64,000 nucleotides of DNA, taken from positions 19,335 through 83,334 of the IMG/VR virus record IMGVR_UViG_3300031834_001450; one strand, written 5' to 3'. How positions within the stretch are numbered: the first letter of the stretch is position 1; each line of letters begins with the position of its first letter. The position numbers and the translations under genes are program-made. Shown piece after piece: positions 50,454 through 60,281 of the stretch. Below the pieces are notes generated by a model. The model was not told the DNA's origin, did no database searches, and saw only the letters and a program-made list of their open reading frames with translations. The stretch is from a virus.

Positions 50454-50762
50454 TTAACAACTTTTTTTTGTAAGCTCTGCTTTTTTTATAGATTCAGTTT
50501 TTTTAACTGCATCACAATCTGCAGTACATTTTATTTTTGCTTTAGTACAAGCATTAATTTTTTTCTTATCTTTAGCAGCATCTTTTATACAAGTATTATT
50601 TTTTTTGTCACAATCAACTTTACATGTACCTTTTAATTCTACTTTTGCAGACTCAATTTTTTTTACAGATTCTTTAACATTTACTTCTTTTTGATCAGAT
50701 GAACAAGCAATAAAATTTAAAGCAAACAACAAAATAAGTGAAAAAATTGAAAATTTTTTCAT
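50454..50762 (-). CDS. Cys-rich lipoprotein
   Basis: Lipobox FIAC; six-Cys helical pattern; Lys-rich. Confidence 0.7.
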   Translation of the reverse strand: MKKFSIFSLILLFALNFIACSSDQKEVNVKESVKKIESAKVELKGTCKVDCDKKNNTCIKDAAKDKKKINACTKAKIKCTADCDAVKKTESIKKAELTKKSC

Positions 50763-50958
50763 ATAGTCAGTCCTCCATTGGTATTGTTTAATTTTTTAAT
50801 CAAATTATATTATTATTTGAAATACTCTTATTTAAAAAAGTTCCTATCTTCCAAATTAAAAATAATGAGATTTTATTTTATTAGTAAAAAATAAAATAAA
50901 TTATTTTTAATTTAATTTATCAAAATATTTTATGCTTTCTGATTTTTTTATATAAGTA

Positions 50959-51258
50959 TTATATTTCCTTAATGTATAATACTTCTTTAAGAGTGAGCAT
51001 TCCATATTTATTATTTTTAGGATTAATAAAAGAAACAAAATTACTGTCTATATCAGGTAATCCTTGTGAATACCAATCACCATATTTAGTTTCAATTTTA
51101 TATAACGTTAATCCTTTATCTATACATATTTGTTTCATTTCTTCAATAAAATCTTCCAGCATAGGAAGTATTATCTCATTTTCTTTTTCTTCTTCTTTTT
51201 TTTCTTTTTTAATTACATTTAAAAACTTTTCTTTAAAATTCATACTATATTTCTCCAT
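50959..51258 (-). CDS. Hypothetical protein
   Basis: ORF in operon. Confidence 0.55.
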   Translation of the reverse strand: MEKYSMNFKEKFLNVIKKEKKEEEKENEIILPMLEDFIEEMKQICIDKGLTLYKIETKYGDWYSQGLPDIDSNFVSFINPKNNKYGMLTLKEVLYIKEI

Positions 51259-53092
51259 TTAATAATTTATGTAAGTCCGCTTCAGTGATTTCTTCATTCA
51301 TTCTACTATTTAAATTTATTCTATTTAAATTTTTCTTTAAACGTAATTGATCTAATGTATAAGGATAATATAATAATTCTATAATTGAATCAACTTTAGA
51401 AATTGCTCTATCAGTTCTATTTTGTGCTTGCTCCATTAATGTCGCATCCCAAGCTAAAGTATTAAATATAATATTACTTGCTCCATATTGTAAATTTATT
51501 CCTTGAGAACTTGTATACATACTTAATATCATAAGTTTATGTTTTTTATCAAAATTAAATAAATCTTCTTTTTCTTTTCTATCACTATCTCGATCTTTAA
51601 CTTTTAATCCACCATGTACGATTAATGGGTTATATTTAGAAAATTTATTTGCTAAAGAATTTATTGTATCTGGATGTGTATCATATATGATACATTTTTT
51701 ATCTTGTTCTTCTATTATTTCTTCTATTCTACTTTTTAGTATTTGAAATTTAGGATCATTTTCAATTTTCCATTTATTTAAAATATTTGTTATTTCTATA
51801 TCGTCATAGTGTCTTTTTTTAAGAAGTTCTGCATTATCAAAAACTTCAAGTAAAATATGTAATTTTGATAAAAGTAATTTCCATGTTATTTTATCATATT
51901 CTTGTTGTAAAATATATAGTTCTTTTTCAGTCACAAGTTGATATAATCTTTTTTGTTCTTTAGTAATTTCACATTCAATTTTTTTAATTATTTTTATTGT
52001 TTTTATTTCTGATAAATCTTCTTTTCTTTTTTGAATAAAAATATGTTTATATGAATCCATTAACTTTCTAACATTTGTAGTATTATAAGAATTTATAGCA
52101 TATTTATCCCATTTGTTACCAATACTCGTAGATATCCATAATTTAAATGCAGTTTCAGACATTGGTATTATACTGCGATCAATAAATGATAAGGAACTAT
52201 ATAAATCTTCTATACCATTAATTGCAGGTGTTGCAGATAATAATGCTTTATATTCAAAGTATTTTTTTATTGAAAAAAGAACTTTAGTTTTAATTGATTC
52301 TGTGTGCTTAAATCCATGATTTTCATCACTTAATAAAAAAATATTTTTTTTATTCCATATTTTTTTTATATCAACATAATCAGCTATCTTCCATTTTAAA
52401 TTTTTTAATGATTTTTTATTATCATAAGATTTATTATATGATGCAATAACATTAGCAAGTAAGTCTTGTCTTATTATTAATATTTTTTTATTTTGAAATT
52501 TTTCAAATGGTTTTATTTTTAAATCATTATCTATTATTTGTATATCATCTTCTATAAATAAATTAACAAATTCAAGTATTTGACATTTCCAATGAAACCC
52601 CATTCCAATAGGAACAATAATTAAAATACTATCTATAATTCCTAATTTATATAAGGTAGAAAACACACAAATATTTATTATTGTCTTTCCAAGTCCAGCA
52701 TCATGACAATCTAGATATACATTTCTTTGTAGCTCCCAATTAACAGATTCTAATTGATAATTTAAAAGTTTAACGCCCTCATTTAAAATACTTGAATCAA
52801 ATTTTCTATCTCTAAAAAACTTAACTTCTTTTTTATTATATTGCTGCTGTAAAATAATAAGTTGTTCTGCACATTCATCAGATATAGAGTATTCTTGATT
52901 ATCCTTTTCTAACCATAAGATAATCTCATCTATTCTATCTGTGGGTATTTTATATTTCTTACTTTTAAAATCAAAGAATAAAAAAAGTTGAGTCAAGTAT
53001 AATATTACTTGATCAAACTCTTCTTTTTCACAAAATTTATCAAAGATAGGTTCTATATGAAAATTATTATCTTTATAAGACAATAAGTACAT
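51245..53092 (-). CDS. SNF2-family helicase
   Basis: DAGLGKT, DENH, SATP, GINL and QAQNRTDR. Confidence 0.88.
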   Translation of the reverse strand: MYLLSYKDNNFHIEPIFDKFCEKEEFDQVILYLTQLFLFFDFKSKKYKIPTDRIDEIILWLEKDNQEYSISDECAEQLIILQQQYNKKEVKFFRDRKFDSSILNEGVKLLNYQLESVNWELQRNVYLDCHDAGLGKTIINICVFSTLYKLGIIDSILIIVPIGMGFHWKCQILEFVNLFIEDDIQIIDNDLKIKPFEKFQNKKILIIRQDLLANVIASYNKSYDNKKSLKNLKWKIADYVDIKKIWNKKNIFLLSDENHGFKHTESIKTKVLFSIKKYFEYKALLSATPAINGIEDLYSSLSFIDRSIIPMSETAFKLWISTSIGNKWDKYAINSYNTTNVRKLMDSYKHIFIQKRKEDLSEIKTIKIIKKIECEITKEQKRLYQLVTEKELYILQQEYDKITWKLLLSKLHILLEVFDNAELLKKRHYDDIEITNILNKWKIENDPKFQILKSRIEEIIEEQDKKCIIYDTHPDTINSLANKFSKYNPLIVHGGLKVKDRDSDRKEKEDLFNFDKKHKLMILSMYTSSQGINLQYGASNIIFNTLAWDATLMEQAQNRTDRAISKVDSIIELLYYPYTLDQLRLKKNLNRINLNSRMNEEITEADLHKLLNGEI

Positions 53093-53893
53093 TTATTTTT
53101 CCTTATTTAATTTTTTCATATAAAGTGCAATACAATCATCTCTTAAATTTTTACTTTCAAAAATAATACGAAATATTCCCCAACTATATTGAAATTCATC
53201 TATTGCTATTAAAGGATAAAATTTATTATTATCAAAATTAATTCTAATAAAATTTATCATTTGTTTTCCCGAGTAATTAATAATTATTTCTTTTTCGGCA
53301 GTTCTAAGATTCATAATAAATTTACTATTTTCTTCTATATATACCTTTTTTTCATTATTATCTGAAATTTCTCTTATTCCTTCCATAAATTTAGAAAGAG
53401 GTAATGGAGTTTGTATTCCAAGTCCTGACATTCTTAATTCTTTTATTCCATTTCTAGTAAAAATAAATTCATCTTTCTTAATAAATATTTTTTCTATTAC
53501 TCCTATTTCAATATAAGAATGAGGTTTTTTCATTAAAATCGCATCATTAAGATTTATGCCTTCTTGTACAAATTTCATAATTTCTATATCTGTACATTCT
53601 ATTTCAGTATTTATTTTTACTTCATATTGAGGATAAAACTGTCTTGTCCATTTATCGATAAGAGTTATATAATCATAATATGAAATATTAACATCAATAG
53701 GTAAAAAATGTTTATTCTCTCCAATTAAAAAATAAATAGATTTATGTGAACGATCATATGTAGAACATACTGGTACTGGAACATTTTTTAAAAAAGCTGC
53801 TATCTTAAAACATAAAGTTTCAAGATAATACTTATCATTGAACTCCATTTTAGAAATAAATTGTTCATCTTCTAACCATGTATTTATTTTCAT
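53093..53893 (-). CDS. Hypothetical protein
   Basis: ORF with GGAGG RBS. Confidence 0.65.
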   Translation of the reverse strand: MKINTWLEDEQFISKMEFNDKYYLETLCFKIAAFLKNVPVPVCSTYDRSHKSIYFLIGENKHFLPIDVNISYYDYITLIDKWTRQFYPQYEVKINTEIECTDIEIMKFVQEGINLNDAILMKKPHSYIEIGVIEKIFIKKDEFIFTRNGIKELRMSGLGIQTPLPLSKFMEGIREISDNNEKKVYIEENSKFIMNLRTAEKEIIINYSGKQMINFIRINFDNNKFYPLIAIDEFQYSWGIFRIIFESKNLRDDCIALYMKKLNKEK

Positions 53894-53918
53894 ATTACCT
53901 CCTTGTTTTCTCTTTTCA

Positions 53919-55001
53919 TCATTTCTCCAATAAATTTAAAATATAAAAATAATTTTGTGTTTCATCTTCTATCTTCATCGACATAAAATTATCTTCTTCA
54001 TTTGTACAATAGAAAGTAAGAGTATTTCCATCACATTTATCGACTATAGATGCTAAATAATTAACAGAAAGTGGTATTATAGTTTTTTTTATTTCAGGAT
54101 CTAAATAGGTTAGATAAATATCTTCTTGTGCAAATTGCGTATCTGTATTTTTAATTGTTAATACAGGAACATTTTGTATATTTATAATAGGTTCAAAATA
54201 AATTCTACTTTCTTTATTATTTTTTGCAACAATTTTCATTCTAAATAAAGTTTCTTTTATTTCTTTTTTATTAACTGAAAATCTAAATGGATGATTATAT
54301 TTACACATAATTTTTTCTTGAAACATATTAGGAAGAATATAATCTCTCTTTGGTATAAATATAAATGTCTCTTCGAGTTTAAAAAAATAAAAATCATCTT
54401 TAACAAAAATATCAATTTCTTTAATTTTAAATTCAGTTAATAAAGTAAAAGTTTCTTGAGAAAAATAAAAATCTTTTCCAAGAATAAAATTTTTTGTTTT
54501 AGAAAATGCAGTTACATATAATTTATTAGATGTAACAAAATAATTATTTTGATATGATACAGTTTCTAATTTATCTCCATAAGCATAATCCTTTATTTTG
54601 TTAAAACAATCAATATCAGTAAGAATAAATTTATTTATATTATTTTCTTTTGTAATATCTAAAAATTTATCTACATTTCCTAATTCCATATCTGTATTTA
54701 CTATATCATAAGAATTACCAAGAAATTCTATTCCTTTTTCTGTTATAGTAATTTCTGTATTATCTGGAATAGATCGTATAAGAGATACAAACATTATTGT
54801 ATCAAATACTATATTATTTTGATTTATTGATGAATAATCTATACTTGTAATTAAATAACCCATATTGGAACTTTGACTAAAAATAAGTTTATTATCTTTA
54901 TAAGATATTTGGAATTTTTCATTTATTGCCATTTTAGAATCTACACACATTGCATATTTTTCAAGAAACGCTAATTGTTCTTTTTTAAGTATTATTGACA
55001 T
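53919..55001 (-). CDS. Sliding clamp, DNA Pol III beta-like
   Basis: 360 aa, beta-clamp-like length; L.RM..VA, SVNYL..IV and YIL..L C-terminus; DnaX-like gene in the same genome. Confidence 0.6.
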   Translation of the reverse strand: MSIILKKEQLAFLEKYAMCVDSKMAINEKFQISYKDNKLIFSQSSNMGYLITSIDYSSINQNNIVFDTIMFVSLIRSIPDNTEITITEKGIEFLGNSYDIVNTDMELGNVDKFLDITKENNINKFILTDIDCFNKIKDYAYGDKLETVSYQNNYFVTSNKLYVTAFSKTKNFILGKDFYFSQETFTLLTEFKIKEIDIFVKDDFYFFKLEETFIFIPKRDYILPNMFQEKIMCKYNHPFRFSVNKKEIKETLFRMKIVAKNNKESRIYFEPIINIQNVPVLTIKNTDTQFAQEDIYLTYLDPEIKKTIIPLSVNYLASIVDKCDGNTLTFYCTNEEDNFMSMKIEDETQNYFYILNLLEK

Positions 55002-55029
55002 TTTATTCTCCTTTTTAATTTTTTAAATT

Positions 55030-55431
55030 CTATATTATTGTATCAATATTTAACTGTTCTGATATTACTACTACTGCATGATGTCCATAATACCCATTAT
55101 GAATATTATAAGCTGTAAACTGTAAAACCCCTTTATTTGTATTAATATTAACAAACATAACACCACCTTCATAAATTCTACCAATTTCAGAAAGATATTT
55201 ATCTTGAGTTAAACAGTCATCTACTATAGTGATAGAATTTATTTCGGCATCGAGAAATTCAACAACATCATCATTTGTAATAAAATATCCCCAAGCCTCA
55301 TAACAGCCTTGACCATTACTTATTCCTAATTTAATTGATTGTTTGTTAGTTATAATAATAAATCCTTCAAAAGTACGATCATTGGTATTAAATGAATCTT
55401 CTTCTATTCTAATTATTTTTTCACCTATCAT
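55030..55431 (-). CDS. Conserved phage hypothetical protein
   Basis: Q.C.E and NGYYG motifs. Confidence 0.6.
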   Translation of the reverse strand: MIGEKIIRIEEDSFNTNDRTFEGFIIITNKQSIKLGISNGQGCYEAWGYFITNDDVVEFLDAEINSITIVDDCLTQDKYLSEIGRIYEGGVMFVNINTNKGVLQFTAYNIHNGYYGHHAVVVISEQLNIDTII

Positions 55432-57596
55432 TTTATTTCTCCTTTATCTACATAAAAACTCTTACTTCCTTTTGTATTTTTTAAAAATTCTTTTACTTCT
55501 TCACAATGAGAAATAATAAAAATTTGATAATTTGGTAAGTGTTCTAAAAGAATTTCAAACATATTTACTGCTTTTTCTTCTGAAAGTTGAGAATCTATTT
55601 CATCTAATATCATAAAATTTAATCTATCAAGAGAGGATAAAGCGACTCTAAAACTAAGAGCTAATAAATCTTTTTCACTTCCTGATGCCATACTACATGG
55701 AGTTATACAATCTTGTTCTTTATCAACATAATAAAAATCTATACTATTTTTATCTTGAGAAAAAGTAATAGAATATTTATCATATGCTGATAAAAAGAAA
55801 TAATTCATTTTTTCTTTAATATATTCAGCCCCTTGATCTATTAACCAAGCACTAAAATCTTTATCAAGTACTTGCCTAACTTCTTTTAAAATACTTACCT
55901 TATAAGATATAGAATCAATTAATGAAATTAAACTTTTTATTTTTTGATTATCTTCTTGTTTTTCCTTTTCTATATTTTCATTATAATTAGTAACTCTTTC
56001 TTTTTCTTGTAATTTTTGTTCATATATTATAATTTCTCTATTTAAAATATCATATTTTATTTTATCATAATTTATTGGTTCATCTACTTTTTGAGGTTTT
56101 TTAATATTACTATATTGCTCTTGTAATTTAATAGATGTTTCTATTTTATTTTCTAAATCTTTTATTTGTTCTTTTATATTATTATTATAAATAGTTGTTT
56201 CATTATAGTTTTTAATTCTTTGTTTAAAATTATCTATAGTTCTTCTAAAATCAAAAGTAACTTCTAATTCTTTTTCAACAAAATCAATAAGTAGTTCATC
56301 TAATTCTTTTTGATGATTATCTATATTGTCTTGAATATTTTTTCTTTGTATTTTTATAGTTTCCTGTTCATTAACTAAAGTAGTATATTCTTTTAAGTTT
56401 TCTTTTATTTCTTTAACTTTATTTTTATATTCTAATATTTCTTTTTTACATAATAACAAATCATTTCTTATTTGCTCTATATTACCTTCATAAATAGCAC
56501 CACATGTTGGACATTTTCCTTGTTCTGATAATTGAAAATCTTTTTCAAATTGAATCCTTTCAGATTCAAATCTAATCAATTGTTCTTCAGCTTTTTCTAT
56601 ATCACTATTTTTATATATATAAGGAGATATTTGTTTTAATTGATACTGAGTTAATAATTCATTATTTCTAATTATTCCATCTTTAGCTTTTTTAATTTTA
56701 TCTTTTTTATATAAATATTTTTCATTCTTAGCTAATTGGTTAACTTGTTCTTTTTCTAAATCTATAATTTGATTATTTAAATTATCTATATTAATTTCAG
56801 AATCAATAGTTTTTAATAATTTTTTTAAATTTTCTATTTGTCTTTTAAATCCTAAAATTTGTGCGTCATATATTTCTATCTCTCTATTAGCATTTACATA
56901 AGAAGATAAATCTTTTATGTAAGTATTATAAACTACTGATTGTAATTCATAATTTTTCTTTTCTAATTCTAATATTTCTAATTGTTTTTTTATATCCTCA
57001 ATATTATCAACTGTAGGAACTTCCATAAAATTATATTTTTTTTCTTCAAGTAATTTTAGTTCTCTATCAAATATTCTTATTTCTTCCTGTTGCTTATCTA
57101 TATCAATTTTTATTTCTTCACATACCTCAACAATCTTATCTATACCTAAAATTTCTTTAAGCTTTTTAAGTCTATTAGTTGGAGTATCAAATAATATTTG
57201 AGCTGTTTTACCTTGTTCACTTATAGAGGAATATCTAATAATGTTAGGATCGATTATTTCAGCTAATTTTTTTGTAGCTTCAGAATTTTTATAAATATTA
57301 AAGCTATCATTATTTATAATGAGTTCTTTTTTAGCTGATGCACTAGCAAAAACTTTAATGAGATAATTATCATTATTAATTTCAAATTCCAGTTCAAGAA
57401 AAAACTTCTCACATCCCCATCTTACATACTCAGATATTTTTTCATTAAGATTATCTGTAAGAAGATATTCTATTGCATATAATATAGAAGATTTACCCTC
57501 TCCATTATTACCTGATATAAGATTAACATATTTAGAGGGTTCAATAATTAATTCTTTGATGTTACGAAAATTTTGAATGTATAACTTTTTAATCAT
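55428..57596 (-). CDS. sbcC: SbcC/Rad50-like ATPase
   Basis: GNNGEGKS, Q-loop, coiled coil with CPTCG hook, ASGSE, ILDE and ISH. Confidence 0.92.
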   Translation of the reverse strand: MIKKLYIQNFRNIKELIIEPSKYVNLISGNNGEGKSSILYAIEYLLTDNLNEKISEYVRWGCEKFFLELEFEINNDNYLIKVFASASAKKELIINNDSFNIYKNSEATKKLAEIIDPNIIRYSSISEQGKTAQILFDTPTNRLKKLKEILGIDKIVEVCEEIKIDIDKQQEEIRIFDRELKLLEEKKYNFMEVPTVDNIEDIKKQLEILELEKKNYELQSVVYNTYIKDLSSYVNANREIEIYDAQILGFKRQIENLKKLLKTIDSEINIDNLNNQIIDLEKEQVNQLAKNEKYLYKKDKIKKAKDGIIRNNELLTQYQLKQISPYIYKNSDIEKAEEQLIRFESERIQFEKDFQLSEQGKCPTCGAIYEGNIEQIRNDLLLCKKEILEYKNKVKEIKENLKEYTTLVNEQETIKIQRKNIQDNIDNHQKELDELLIDFVEKELEVTFDFRRTIDNFKQRIKNYNETTIYNNNIKEQIKDLENKIETSIKLQEQYSNIKKPQKVDEPINYDKIKYDILNREIIIYEQKLQEKERVTNYNENIEKEKQEDNQKIKSLISLIDSISYKVSILKEVRQVLDKDFSAWLIDQGAEYIKEKMNYFFLSAYDKYSITFSQDKNSIDFYYVDKEQDCITPCSMASGSEKDLLALSFRVALSSLDRLNFMILDEIDSQLSEEKAVNMFEILLEHLPNYQIFIISHCEEVKEFLKNTKGSKSFYVDKGEIK

Positions 57597-57842
57597 TTAA
57601 TTTCCCTTCTTTAATTATTTCTACTTTATAATCATAATGATATGATTCAGAAACAAATTTAAACTCTGACCCACACTCTTCACAAATGATAATATCTTTT
57701 AAATCAATCATACCATAAATACTTGTACCTGCATATTATTATTACAAATAGGACAAATAAAATGATTGTGAATTATATCACCACACTTTGTTTAATCTCT
57801 TCATATTTCATCTTATTTTCTCCTTTTTAAATTGTTTAAACT

Positions 57843-57964
57843 TAGAAAGTAAGGGATTCGACCCTTTAAATACCAACTAGTTAGCAATTAGTTAGCAACT
57901 AGTTAGCAATTAGTTAGCAACTAGTTAGCAACTAGTTGCTTTATATCCTTTTGGTCAACTTTCT
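57843..57964 (-). tRNA. Atypical tRNA-Ser(GCU)-like gene with five tandem anticodon loops
   Basis: Acceptor AGAAAGT/ACTTTCT, D-region TGACCAAAAGGATATAAAGCA, anticodon arm ACTAG-TTGCTAA-CTAGT, T-arm AAGGG-TCGAAT-CCCTT; no encoded CCA. Confidence 0.7.
57874..57938. repeat. 11-bp tandem repeat CAAYTAGTTAG x5 plus a partial sixth
   Basis: Read directly; unit order C,T,C,T,C,(C). Confidence 0.95.
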
Positions 57965-58197
57965 AAAATATAGATAGACTATTTTTAATCTATCTATCTA
58001 TGTATATAATATATAAAAATATATAAAAAATTAAATTTTTATTTTAACCTTTTCTTAAGTACCTTAATAAGATCTATCTTAGTGACTATTTCTGATGTTC
58101 CATCAACATAATCTATCATGTAAGTATTAATTTTTCTTTTATTGTATTATTTTTTTATTTATTTTATCCGTTCCATTTTTAGTATTTTCACTGGACA

Positions 58198-59388
58198 TTA
58201 TACTTCTTCTTCATTGACTATTTCTACATCTTTTATTTCATCTATTTTTTCTTCCATTGCTTCTTCTTTTTTACTTCTTCTTTTTGGTTTATCCTCTATA
58301 GAAGATATTACACTATTAAATGAATCTGCAGTGACTCCTATGGCAATATTTCTTGCATCCTGTATTTTTTGAAGAATATCTCCCCTTACTTTTTCAAATA
58401 TTTCGGGTTTCTCATTAAAGAATTTTTTAACATTAGGCATACCTTGACCAAGTTTTTCTTCAACGCTGTCTTTGGGAGTATAAGAAAACCATGAACCTGA
58501 TTTTTTAACCATCTCATATTTAATAGCATATTCTATAAGTTCTTTCATAGTATCTATTCCATATTCACCGTCTTTTCCTGTATTAAGAGTAAAAGAGGCT
58601 TTCTTAGAAGGAATACCTACTTTATTTTTAAATATAGTCATGTTAACATCTACTTTTTCTTGTCCATCATCATCTGTCTTCTCTACTTCAGCCTTAGAAG
58701 TCATAATACGAATACTTGCATAAAATTTCATCGCGTTTCCCACGCCAACAATTCTCGGGTCTCCGTATCCTCCAATCTTACTTCTTATTTGAGATAAAAA
58801 TATTGCGGTAGTTCCAGTATTTGTACATTTAGTTCTTATTATAGGAAGTTCTTGTGAAAATATTCTGGCGGCTAATCCCATTCCTGCATCTCCAGGTTCA
58901 CCTTCAAATAATCGTTTAGGTATCATTGAATTAGTAGAATCTATAACAACCAAACTCATAACACCTGAATCCATTATCACTCTAAGCATACTAAAAGCTT
59001 CTTCACAATAATCTGGTTGTACTACCAAAAGATTTTCTACATCCACACCCATTTTATATGCCCAAGATGCGTCAAAACTTTGTTCTGCATCTACATAAGC
59101 ACATACCATTCCTTTTTTTTGACATTCTGCAATGTTAATAAGAGTAAGAGTTGATTTACCGGATGATTCTTGTCCACCTATTTCTATTATCCTACCTTTT
59201 GGCCAACCACCTATCCCTAAAGCTTCGTCTAAATTTAATGAACCAGAACTACAAATCAGAGGTACTTCTGGAATAACTTTTTTCCCTATATAATAAGAAC
59301 CTTCACCAAATTGTTTATGAAGTTCTTTTAATGCACCTCCTTCAAGTATCTTCATTTTTTCTCTTATTGTATCTTGTACTGTAGCCAT
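58198..59388 (-). CDS. recA: RecA recombinase
   Basis: ALGIGGWPKGRIIEI.GQESSGKST, YVDAE, VIDS, MKFYASIR and KSGSWFSY. Confidence 0.95.
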   Translation of the reverse strand: MATVQDTIREKMKILEGGALKELHKQFGEGSYYIGKKVIPEVPLICSSGSLNLDEALGIGGWPKGRIIEIGGQESSGKSTLTLINIAECQKKGMVCAYVDAEQSFDASWAYKMGVDVENLLVVQPDYCEEAFSMLRVIMDSGVMSLVVIDSTNSMIPKRLFEGEPGDAGMGLAARIFSQELPIIRTKCTNTGTTAIFLSQIRSKIGGYGDPRIVGVGNAMKFYASIRIMTSKAEVEKTDDDGQEKVDVNMTIFKNKVGIPSKKASFTLNTGKDGEYGIDTMKELIEYAIKYEMVKKSGSWFSYTPKDSVEEKLGQGMPNVKKFFNEKPEIFEKVRGDILQKIQDARNIAIGVTADSFNSVISSIEDKPKRRSKKEEAMEEKIDEIKDVEIVNEEEV

Positions 59389-59557
59389 CTAATTCTCCTT
59401 ATATTATCTTTTTAATTAGTCTTCTATCTTAATTTACAAAATTCTAATATTGTATTTTTACATTGTGGACAAATAGTATCATCATTTCTACTTATCCAGT
59501 CATATCCACAACTACAAAAAAATTCATACGCTTTTACTAGTTTTTCTTTTTCTTGCT

Positions 59558-59953
59558 TCATACAATAACTCCTTCAACTTTTTGTATATATTCTTTTAAT
59601 TTTTCTCTTTCTTGTTCTAAATTATCTATTTCTTCTTCTAGATTCTTTACTGTAATGTTTAATTCTTCAATAAAATAATTTGAATCTTCTACTGTTTCTT
59701 TATAGTTTTTTATTTCTTTTTCTGAATCTTCTACTGTTTCTTTATAGTTTTTTATTTCTTTTTCTTGATCCTTTACTGTAATTTTTAATTCTTCAATAAG
59801 ATATTCTAAATCTTCAATTATAACATCTAACTTTTCTTCTTCATCACCATAGGAATCTATTAATTCCATATAACATTCTATAGTTCCATATAAATCTTTT
59901 TTACCTGATTTAATTTCATTAACTACTTCTTCAATAACTGTATTTAATATCAT
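59558..59953 (-). CDS. Acidic coiled-coil protein with an internal 42-bp duplication
   Basis: EKEIKNYKETVEDS twice (59681-59722 and 59723-59764). Confidence 0.65.
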   Translation of the reverse strand: MILNTVIEEVVNEIKSGKKDLYGTIECYMELIDSYGDEEEKLDVIIEDLEYLIEELKITVKDQEKEIKNYKETVEDSEKEIKNYKETVEDSNYFIEELNITVKNLEEEIDNLEQEREKLKEYIQKVEGVIV

Positions 59954-60234
59954 AAATTTACCTTTGTAAAATATTTATCATTTATTTCGCAATAATATAC
60001 ATGATGATCTTTATCTTTAGTTAAATACATTGGAACTAAAACCCCATCACCCTGTCTAGAAGTCATAATAATTTTATCAATTACTATTCTACCATTACAA
60101 GATTCTAGTATATCCCCTTCTTTAAATTTTGGTTTATATTTTGTAGAGCACTTTAATACACTATTTACACCACCGTATTTTTTTTCTAATTGTTCATATT
60201 CTTCCGTACTTATTTTAATAGTTTCTATTTCCAT
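59950..60234 (-). CDS. Hypothetical protein
   Basis: ORF with PKFKEGD motif. Confidence 0.6.
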   Translation of the reverse strand: MEIETIKISTEEYEQLEKKYGGVNSVLKCSTKYKPKFKEGDILESCNGRIVIDKIIMTSRQGDGVLVPMYLTKDKDHHVYYCEINDKYFTKVNL

Positions 60235-60281
60235 TTCTCTTTCTCCTCTTTAGCTTTTATTTTGAATTTAAAGTTTTTCAT

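Noticed and set aside
57874-57938. 11-bp repeats as a CRISPR array or iterons
   Set aside because: There are no spacers or cas genes, and the repeats sit exactly in the anticodon position of a tRNA frame.
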